DNA from: Candidatus Woesearchaeota archaeon
GTDB taxonomy: Archaea > Nanobdellota > Nanobdellia > Woesearchaeales > UBA11576
Direction: 5' to 3'
Assembly: GCA_016929255.1 (NCBI GenBank)
Contig: JAFGJH010000044.1
Coordinates: 1 to 52,209 of the forward strand
Length of the DNA: 52,209 nt
Below are positions 45,159-52,209 of the stretch, piece by piece. A program made the position numbers and the translations under genes. A model generated the notes under the pieces. The model was not told where the DNA came from. It saw nothing but the letters and a program-made list of their open reading frames with translations, and ran no database searches. How positions within the stretch are numbered: position 1 is the stretch's first letter; every line of letters starts with the position of its first letter.

Positions 45159-45269
45159 GCGGCTGTAGCGCAGCCTGGATACATCAAGTCCTTGCTGGAT
45201 TCGCTGTAGGGCAAATAGCGCGACTGCCTCCTAAGCAGTAGGTCGGGGGTTCGAATCCCCTCAGCCGCG
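45159..45269 (+). tRNA. tRNA-Arg(CCT) with 36-nt D-loop intron at 19/20 (45179-45214)
   Basis: Acceptor GCGGCTG/CAGCCGC with G73; anticodon arm ACTGC-CT-CCT-AA-GCAGT; TTCGAAT T-loop; BHB with helix GCCU/GGGC and bulges GG^A and AA^A. Confidence 0.92.
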
Positions 45270-45272
45270 TTG

Positions 45273-46376
45273 ATGAAATTGGCTCATTTTTCCGCAGCAT
45301 TGCGCATGTTCAGGCGGGCCCGTAATGTGGGAAAGAAAGGCATAAGAAAGTATTCAGGTTCTCCTGAAAGCGTCGCAAAACAGATCATAGACTCCTGCTG
45401 GAACAAAGAAAAAAAGTATTTTCAGGTTAGTTCAGGTCACTTCAGCGAGTTCTACTGCAGGGATTTCGGCATGTGTGCCGAAGCTTTGGTGAAGCTCGGG
45501 TACAGGAAGAAAGTGATACATACTCTTGACTATGCGCTGTCCTGTTTCAGGAAGCACGGCCGAATCACCACATCTGTCTCTCCGCGCGGCGCGTGTTTTG
45601 ATTTTCCTTGCTACGGCGCTGATTCCCTTCCGTTCATAATCCATGCGATACGCGTCTCAGGGGCAAACAAAATCCTCATGAAGTACCGCGGATTCCTGGA
45701 GAGCGAGATAATGTTCTATGATGGTGAGGTCGTAGACAGGAAGACCTGCCTTGTCCGTCTCGACCGGAATTTTTCGTCGATGAAGGATCAGGCCAGGAGG
45801 TCCTCATCCTGCTATTCCAACTGCATGCTGTTCATGCTTGCAGAGGATCTGGCCTCGGTGGGATTCTGCTGCCCGTTCAACGCGTCCGCTACAAGGAAGT
45901 CCCTGCTCGCGAATTTCTGGAACGGGAATTACTTCCATGACGATGCGGAATTCAGCAAGGTGGTGACTGGCGATGCCAACACATTCCCTTTCTGGTGCGG
46001 TGTGACTGACCAGAAGCAGGTCTTTGACCGCTGCATGGCTTCGATGGAGCGTGCCGGCCTGACAGACCCTTTTCCCCTCAAATACACTTCAAAGAGGGGG
46101 AGGATCAGCAGGATGCATTTCTCTGACATGTTCTCAGGCGGTTATGAGCGCGACACTGTCTGGATGCACCTGGGACTCTGCTTCCTTGATGTCGTGAAGA
46201 GGTATGACAGGAAGCGCTTCCGCGCTTATGTCAGGCAGTACGGGGGTCTTATCAGGAGGCACAGGAACTTTCTCGAGGTCTATGACCGGCGGGGAGAGCC
46301 TTTTCACAACGCGTTCTATTACAGCGACGAGTCCATGCTCTGGGTCAGCAAGTGGCTTTTCCTTAAGAAGTCTTAG
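45273..46376 (+). CDS. Six-hairpin (alpha/alpha) glycoside hydrolase-like protein
   Basis: FYCRDFG, NFWNGNYF, GDANTFP, YERDTVW, FLEVYD resemble amylo-alpha-1,6-glucosidase/trehalase-like folds. Confidence 0.6.
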   Translation: MKLAHFSAALRMFRRARNVGKKGIRKYSGSPESVAKQIIDSCWNKEKKYFQVSSGHFSEFYCRDFGMCAEALVKLGYRKKVIHTLDYALSCFRKHGRITTSVSPRGACFDFPCYGADSLPFIIHAIRVSGANKILMKYRGFLESEIMFYDGEVVDRKTCLVRLDRNFSSMKDQARRSSSCYSNCMLFMLAEDLASVGFCCPFNASATRKSLLANFWNGNYFHDDAEFSKVVTGDANTFPFWCGVTDQKQVFDRCMASMERAGLTDPFPLKYTSKRGRISRMHFSDMFSGGYERDTVWMHLGLCFLDVVKRYDRKRFRAYVRQYGGLIRRHRNFLEVYDRRGEPFHNAFYYSDESMLWVSKWLFLKKS

Positions 46377-46400
46377 CGCAATCCTTCGTTCCTGGTCCGC

Positions 46401-48251
46401 CTATTTGAGCTTGTTCAGCATCTCGATTATCTTCTTGCCTTCTGCCCGGCCCTTGAGCGTGCCCATCGCTTTGCCGACGAGGGCGTTGAACTCTATGCCT
46501 TTGCTCTCCCTGAGAATGTCCTTTATTTCCTCCTCGAGCTCCTTCTCTGTCAGGGGGGAGTATCTGGTGTAGTCAACTTTCTCCCCTCTGCATGTCTTGA
46601 GCAGTATATCCTCTACGCTGTCTTTTGTCAGCTTGCCTGCGTCGAGCAGGGAGAATATCCTCTCGAAGTCTGTGTCTTTCAGCACTGAGACCGCAGCATT
46701 GTACTTCCTCTTGATGTTTTTCGGGAGGGATATCATGGTCTCTGCTATGAACGCGGGCTTCACGTTCGGGAACTGTTCCACGAACCTCTCGAACGCCTCA
46801 TTCTTGCCTGACCTGGAGATGTCTCTTGCAAGGTCCTCTGCGAGGCCTATCCCCTTGAACCTTTCCTTCTTCTCTGTCAGCAGCTCAGGTATCTCTATGC
46901 CTGAGACATCAGGTCTTATCGGCGGGATGTCTGTCTCGGGATACATCCTCGCCGCTCCGGGCATAGGCCTCATGTATGTGGTCGTCCCGTCAGGGTTGGC
47001 TCTCCTCACCTCTCCGGGGACGCCGTACATGCACATCTTTGCCCTATCAATCACGTGTTTCATTGCAGCTTTGGCAGTCTCCTCTTTTGCGACTATCATC
47101 ACGAACGCGTCGCCTTCCTCCGTGTTGAGGGTATTCTTCAGCTCTTTTATCTCGTCTTTGCTGAACCTGTACCTGTCAAGGTCCTCGTCGGAATGTATTA
47201 TCCCGCCGATGCCTGTCTTGGCTTTTGCGTAGTCTGACAGCTCGGTTCCCAGCCTCTTCCCGGGCTGTGTCTCTTTTCCGAGGAGTCCTGAGAATCCTGG
47301 GAGCGTGAATGCCAGCGCTTCCGCGCCTCCTGCTATGGCTTTGTTCACGAATCCGCATTCAGTCTTTTTGAATATGCTGGTGACCTCTTTTGATCCTGTC
47401 TTGTCAGGCAGCGGAGCCCTCTTGTGCAGCTCTTTCATGATTTCGAGAAGCGCGAGCTGCCGCCTTGCCTCGTAATCTGCGAGAGTAGGCAGCATCTTGA
47501 GGTCCTGCGCGCCTTTTATCTCTATCCTTGCGCCTCCGGTGACAGATATGTTGACGTCCTGCCTTATCGTGCCGAGGCCGCGGGCGACCTTTCCTGTGGA
47601 CCTGAGTATCATGCCTATCTTCTCAGCCGTGGCCTTGCACATTTCCGGTGATGTTATGTCTGGGTCTGTGCCTATCTCTATGAGCGGGATGCCGAGCCTG
47701 TCGAGCCTGTAGACTACGAACCTTCTGCCGTCCTTGTCGGTGCCTTTGCCTATGTCTTTTGCTGCGTCTTCCTCTATTGATATGGTTGGGATGCTTATTC
47801 TCTTGCCGTCGACATCCATCCAGCCTTTCACTGCGACGAGCGATGTCCTTTGGAATCCGCTCGTGTTCGAGCCGTTCACAACGGTTTTCCTCATGACCTG
47901 GACTTCGTCGACGATGTTTGCGTTGAGCATCTTGCAGACCTGCAGCACCGTGCGCAGCGCCTCCTCATTCATGGGGTGCGGCGGCTCCTCGTCCAGCTCC
48001 ACGAGGCATGTTGTGTCAGAATAAGCCTCATATATGAAGTAGCTTCCCTTCTCCATCTCATGGCGTGCCGCGATGTCTACCTCTCCGGTCTCTCCTGCGA
48101 CAGCCCTCAGTTGCCTCCTGACTGTTATGTCTGGCTTGTCGTCCCTGAGCCTGGAGGGGCAGCTGCAGAAAAGCTTGTGTGTGTCGAGCATCTGGTGTAT
48201 CTCGATGCCGCACCTGAGCCCTATCTTCTTGTAGTCTAGCTTCTCTGCCAT
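46401..48251 (-). CDS. gatE: Glu-tRNA(Gln) amidotransferase subunit E
   Basis: GLRCGIEIHQ, DEEPPH, GSNTSGFQRT, LDRLGIPLIEI, RGLGTIRQDVN, RPMPGAARMYPETD. Confidence 0.97.
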   Translation of the reverse strand: MAEKLDYKKIGLRCGIEIHQMLDTHKLFCSCPSRLRDDKPDITVRRQLRAVAGETGEVDIAARHEMEKGSYFIYEAYSDTTCLVELDEEPPHPMNEEALRTVLQVCKMLNANIVDEVQVMRKTVVNGSNTSGFQRTSLVAVKGWMDVDGKRISIPTISIEEDAAKDIGKGTDKDGRRFVVYRLDRLGIPLIEIGTDPDITSPEMCKATAEKIGMILRSTGKVARGLGTIRQDVNISVTGGARIEIKGAQDLKMLPTLADYEARRQLALLEIMKELHKRAPLPDKTGSKEVTSIFKKTECGFVNKAIAGGAEALAFTLPGFSGLLGKETQPGKRLGTELSDYAKAKTGIGGIIHSDEDLDRYRFSKDEIKELKNTLNTEEGDAFVMIVAKEETAKAAMKHVIDRAKMCMYGVPGEVRRANPDGTTTYMRPMPGAARMYPETDIPPIRPDVSGIEIPELLTEKKERFKGIGLAEDLARDISRSGKNEAFERFVEQFPNVKPAFIAETMISLPKNIKRKYNAAVSVLKDTDFERIFSLLDAGKLTKDSVEDILLKTCRGEKVDYTRYSPLTEKELEEEIKDILRESKGIEFNALVGKAMGTLKGRAEGKKIIEMLNKLK

Positions 48252-48478
48252 GTTGTCTTTCCTTTTTTTGTGACTTTCCTTACCCTGTGGAGGGGTATGT
48301 TTGTCTCCACCCCCTCCCTGTCGATCACCATGAAACCTTCCTCGACTCGCTTTATGTTCTTATACCTTATCTCGATGAGCTTTCGGGTCACGCGGTCGAG
48401 GTAAAACAGCGAATAGTCGGCAGGCTCCTCTCTTTTGTCCCACCTTATCTTGTTTATCAGCTCTTCGATGGTTATCAT
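48236..48478 (-). CDS. DUF504 / MJ1316-like RNA-end recognition protein
   Basis: ELINKIRWD, YLDRV, IPLHRV, WQR. Confidence 0.8.
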   Translation of the reverse strand: MITIEELINKIRWDKREEPADYSLFYLDRVTRKLIEIRYKNIKRVEEGFMVIDREGVETNIPLHRVRKVTKKGKTTWQRS

Positions 48479-48497
48479 TATCTTCTGTTCTTTCGCT

Positions 48498-49790
48498 CTA
48501 CTCTTTCAGGAAATCTGTCTCGCTTATCATTGGATTTATCTCGCCGCGGAGGTTCTGTCCTATCAGTTTCTTTGCTTCGGAAGCAGGGTAGTTTCCCAGA
48601 AGCCACGCGAGCTTCATGAGCGCTGTCTCTGCGAGCATGTCCTCTCCGCTGAGCGCTCCGAGCTGCTGCAGGTCCCTTCCTTTGTCATAGACATTCATCT
48701 GGACCCTGCCGAATATGGTGCTGGTAGTCATGACCACGACGCATCCCGAGTCGACGACCTCTTTTATGGCAGGGTATATCTTCTTGTGTATCTCGCACCA
48801 TTCGTTCGGCACCTGCCCCGGCGTGTGGCCCAGGCCAGTGCCTTCTATCACGAGCCCTTTGTATCCTTTGAAGAATGAGAACTGCTCAGGGAACATGTTC
48901 ACGTGGACTTTCAGCAGCCCGACCTTCTCCTCGAACTTCGGTTTCGCGAGCATTTTTCCGCCTTTTTTCGCGTGTTCTGCCTTCTTGAACTGTATCTTGC
49001 GTGTCTTGTAGTCCACGAACGCTATCGGCGAGTCGTTAACGGGCTTGAATGCGTCCCTCCTGCTGCTGTGCATCTTCTTGGTCTTGCACGCGGGAAGTAT
49101 TGCGCACCTGTCGTCGCCGGTATTTTCATGCATGCAGAGCGCGACCCCTGCGAAGTCAGTCTTCGCGATGAACTCTGCTGCGCAGACCAGGTTCATTGCT
49201 GCGTCGCTGCTTCCCCTGTCGCTGCTGCGTTGGGCCCCGACAAGTATGACTGGTATCGGGCACACCTCGAGCGCGAACGCCAGCCCTGCCGAGGCGACCG
49301 CCAGATTGTCTGTTCCCATCCCGATGATTATGCCTTCGGCTCCTTTCTTCGCCTCTTCGGCGACAGCCTCTGCGAGGACTGATATGTGCTTGAACCTCAG
49401 GTCGTCTGACCACATGTTGGATATAAGCCTCGAGTCGAAGTTTGCTATGTCCCCCAGCTCGGGGAAGAGGCCCAGGAGGTCCTCTGGCCTGAATGAGCTG
49501 TATACTGCGCCTGTCCTGTAGTCCACCTTAGACGCTATGGTCCCGCCCGTGTGGAGTATGGCTATCTTCGGGAGGCCTTTCTTGGTCTCTGCCTTCCTGC
49601 TGTACTTTATCTCGATGTCCTTGCCTTTGCCAATCATCTCTATGCTCTTTATCCTCTTGTTCTCTATTCCTATGTTGTAGCCGTTGTCGAGCTTTATGAC
49701 TGTGACATCTTTCTTCCTGTCTATCAGAATTCCTTTGCGCTCTTCCTTGTCGCACACTACCTTTACCTTATCACCTGCTTTTGCATCCAT
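48498..49790 (-). CDS. gatD: Glu-tRNA(Gln) amidotransferase subunit D
   Basis: IKLDNGYNIGI, TGGTIASKVDYRTGAV, GTD, GAQRSSDRGSSD, KMHSSRRDAF, GTGLGH. Confidence 0.96.
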   Translation of the reverse strand: MDAKAGDKVKVVCDKEERKGILIDRKKDVTVIKLDNGYNIGIENKRIKSIEMIGKGKDIEIKYSRKAETKKGLPKIAILHTGGTIASKVDYRTGAVYSSFRPEDLLGLFPELGDIANFDSRLISNMWSDDLRFKHISVLAEAVAEEAKKGAEGIIIGMGTDNLAVASAGLAFALEVCPIPVILVGAQRSSDRGSSDAAMNLVCAAEFIAKTDFAGVALCMHENTGDDRCAILPACKTKKMHSSRRDAFKPVNDSPIAFVDYKTRKIQFKKAEHAKKGGKMLAKPKFEEKVGLLKVHVNMFPEQFSFFKGYKGLVIEGTGLGHTPGQVPNEWCEIHKKIYPAIKEVVDSGCVVVMTTSTIFGRVQMNVYDKGRDLQQLGALSGEDMLAETALMKLAWLLGNYPASEAKKLIGQNLRGEINPMISETDFLKE

Positions 49791-49811
49791 TGTTACCAAC
49801 TCGCGATCTTT

Positions 49812-50264
49812 TCACTCGACGATGATGCTTATCTGGGCGAATCCGTAGGCGTTGTTGAGGTGGTCCTTCACCTTTATCTCTTTCTGCCCTTCCATCGCAC
49901 GCACCTTGAACTTGATTATCTTGTATTCTCCTGCGCCTATCTCATGCACCCTCTCCTCAAAGTCGCATCCTCCGCAGGGTATGATCATGAACTCCTCGTC
50001 ATAGTCTTTGACATTGTTGATTATCATCCAGTTCTTTTTTATCTCCCCTGGCGCCATTCGCACATAGTCATCGTACACCTCGACGAGCTTTCCGCCTTCT
50101 ATCTCCTTCACAAGCACCTCTTCAGGGGTCTTGTCTGTCGCCTCCTGCGTCGTTTGCGCAGCCCCTTTCTGGCTCACTATCGTGCGCTGTTGGCTTGCGC
50201 AGCCGAGAAGAATCAGTGATATGAGAATGAGCATGGCGATGGTCGCGGTTGTTTTTTTGTCCAT
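49812..50264 (-). CDS. Putative lipoprotein
   Basis: Basic N-terminus, hydrophobic core, lipobox LLGC; beta-rich C-terminus. Confidence 0.7.
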   Translation of the reverse strand: MDKKTTATIAMLILISLILLGCASQQRTIVSQKGAAQTTQEATDKTPEEVLVKEIEGGKLVEVYDDYVRMAPGEIKKNWMIINNVKDYDEEFMIIPCGGCDFEERVHEIGAGEYKIIKFKVRAMEGQKEIKVKDHLNNAYGFAQISIIVE

Positions 50265-50270
50265 GTTTCT

Positions 50271-52209
50271 TCACATGAAATAGCTGGGCTTGGCTTCCTT
50301 CATCTCCTTCGCCCTTGCCTTCGTGAACATATCCTTCAGCGTCTTGTAAGAGTCCTCTATCTCCTTGGTTATAGATGGCCTCACTTTGTCCAGCGCCTCT
50401 TCGAAGTCCTTCTTGCTGACGTGCTCTGACTTCATGTCTTTTCTCAGCGCGATTATCGCAGCTTCCCTGCAGAGGCTGGCTATATCAGCCCCTGCATATC
50501 CTTCTGTCTTCTTTGCCAGCTCCTTTATGTTGACATCCTTTGTGAGAGGCATGTTTTTGGTGTGTATCTCAAACACTTTCTCCCTTGTCTTCTCGTCGGG
50601 CGCCCCCACCATTATTATCCTGTCGAACCTTCCCGGCCTGAGGAGTGCCGTGTCGAGTATGTCGGGCCTGTTTGTCGCTCCTATGACCACCACGTTGTGC
50701 AGCTCCTCGAGACCATCTATCTCTGTGAGCAGCTGGTTGACCACCCTTTCTGAGACCCTGTTGTCCCCGCTCGCTCCCCTTCTAGGCGCGAGAGAGTCTA
50801 TCTCGTCGAAGAAGACTATTGACGGCGATGTCTGTCTGGCCTTCTCGAATATCTTCCTTACTGCCTTCTCGGACTCTCCCACCCACTTGGACAGCAGTTC
50901 CGGGCCTTTTATGAGTATGAAGTTTGCCTCTGACTCGTTGGCGACCGCTTTTGCGAGGAGTGTCTTTCCTGTGCCCGGCGGTCCATACAGGAGTATGCCT
51001 TTCGGCGGCGTGACTCCCATCCTCGTGAATACCTCTGCGTTCTTGAGGGGCCATTCGACCGCTTCCCTGAGCTCCTGCTTGACGTTGTCAAGACCGCCTA
51101 CATGGTCCCACTTGACGTTGGGGACCTCCACCAGCACCTCTCTCATCGCGCTTGGCCTGACTACTTTGAGCGCGTCCCAGAAGTCTTTCTGTGATATCCT
51201 GAGCTTCTCGAGAGTCTCTTTGGGTATTGCCTCGTCCTTCTCGAGCTGAAGCTCCGGCAGCACTTTCCTCAGCACGATTATTGCAGCCTCTTTAGCGAGT
51301 GAGGAAAGGTCCGCGCCGACGAACCCGTGGGTTACGTTGGCTATCTCCTTCAGGTCCACGTCTTCTGCGAGCGGCATGTTCCTCGTGTGGATCTTTAGCA
51401 CGTCCAGCCTGCCTTTCTTGTCAGGCACTCCTATCTCTATCTCCCTGTCGAACCTTCCGGGCCGTCTCAGCGCAGGGTCGAGCAGGTGCGGCACGTTCGA
51501 TGCGGCTATGACGACGACCCTTCCCCTTGACTGTAGGCCGTCCATGAGCGCGAGGAGCTGCGCGACCACTCTTCTCTCTACCTCGCCCTTTGTCTCTTCC
51601 CTCTTTGTGGCTATCGCGTCTATCTCGTCGATGAATATGATGCTCGGGGCGCTCTTCTCGGCCTCTTCGAACTTCTTCCTCAGGTTTTCTTCGCTCTGGC
51701 CGTAGTATTTTGACATGATCTCTGGCCCGTTTATCACGTAGAAGTTTGAGTTTGTCTCGTTGGCGACCGCTTTTGCGAGGAGTGTCTTTCCTGTGCCCGG
51801 CGGCCCGTGCAGCAGGACGCCTTTCGGTGCTTCTATGCCGAGCCTCTCGAATATCTCAGGGTGCTTGAGCGGCAGCTCTACCATCTCCCTGACCTTCTTT
51901 ATCTCGTCCCTGAGCCCGCCGATGTCCTCGTAAGTGACCTCGAGCGCCTTCTCCTCTTCCTTGAGCTCGACCGCCTCAGGGTTGAACACCACGTCTGTGG
52001 TGTTGGATATCAGGACCGCGCCTTTGGGCAGGGTGTCCGCCACTACGAACTTGATGTCTCCCAGGCCGAATCCCATCATGCTCTCGTCAAGTATCGAGAA
52101 TATGTCTTCGAATGGGCTCTCGCTCATCGTGCTTCTTCTGCGCTTGGTTCCGCCGAGTGAGACGAGGTCTCCCTTGACTACTGCCCTTCCGAGCAGTCCC
52201 TGCTGGAAA
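50271..52209 (-). CDS. cdc48: CDC48/VAT AAA+ ATPase (5' end outside window)
   Basis: Two AAA domains (GPPGTGKT x2, [32 protein letters not shown]); C-terminal YFM; frame open to the window edge. Confidence 0.96.
   Translation of the reverse strand, partial: FQQGLLGRAVVKGDLVSLGGTKRRRSTMSESPFEDIFSILDESMMGFGLGDIKFVVADTLPKGAVLISNTTDVVFNPEAVELKEEEKALEVTYEDIGGLRDEIKKVREMVELPLKHPEIFERLGIEAPKGVLLHGPPGTGKTLLAKAVANETNSNFYVINGPEIMSKYYGQSEENLRKKFEEAEKSAPSIIFIDEIDAIATKREETKGEVERRVVAQLLALMDGLQSRGRVVVIAASNVPHLLDPALRRPGRFDREIEIGVPDKKGRLDVLKIHTRNMPLAEDVDLKEIANVTHGFVGADLSSLAKEAAIIVLRKVLPELQLEKDEAIPKETLEKLRISQKDFWDALKVVRPSAMREVLVEVPNVKWDHVGGLDNVKQELREAVEWPLKNAEVFTRMGVTPPKGILLYGPPGTGKTLLAKAVANESEANFILIKGPELLSKWVGESEKAVRKIFEKARQTSPSIVFFDEIDSLAPRRGASGDNRVSERVVNQLLTEIDGLEELHNVVVIGATNRPDILDTALLRPGRFDRIIMVGAPDEKTREKVFEIHTKNMPLTKDVNIKELAKKTEGYAGADIASLCREAAIIALRKDMKSEHVSKKDFEEALDKVRPSITKEIEDSYKTLKDMFTKARAKEMKEAKPSYFM

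Noticed and set aside
226-52160. Numerous antisense and alternate-frame ORFs in the track (e.g. 1222-1980, 27329-28177, 38830-39732, 50365-51249)
   Set aside because: Shadows of well-supported genes, Ser-rich and without motifs

Overview
Gene-dense archaeal chromosomal segment. GatDE, CDC48, NucS, Trm11/TrmG10, archaeal YchF, bulge-helix-bulge tRNA introns and BRE/TATA promoters indicate an archaeon. The many unassigned proteins and giant Cys/Asn-rich surface proteins suggest a DPANN (Woesearchaeota-like) organism; that assignment is inference. Housekeeping genes: topA, nurA-like, nucS, bacterial-type metK, tdk, ychF, trm11, adk, truD, gatD/gatE and a partial cdc48. Both tRNAs carry introns: Thr-TGT at canonical 37/38, and Arg-CCT in the D-loop at 19/20 with a strict BHB. 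Main accessory content: (i) a ~14 kb minus-strand cluster (RHH regulator, 2042-aa Cys/Asp-repeat adhesin with a Bat-operon-like cytoplasmic tail, two cadherin/Ig-like proteins, MoxR, DUF58, BatA-vWA) followed by a TadC/GspF-like platform protein; (ii) a 1762-aa beta-helix stalk protein carrying a lipase-like domain; (iii) a dispersed set of 80-180 nt GC-rich intergenic hairpin elements that share sequence blocks but have different, still-pairing closing stems. No integrase, transposase, CRISPR array or reverse transcriptase was recognised. All domain calls are by motif recognition, not database search.
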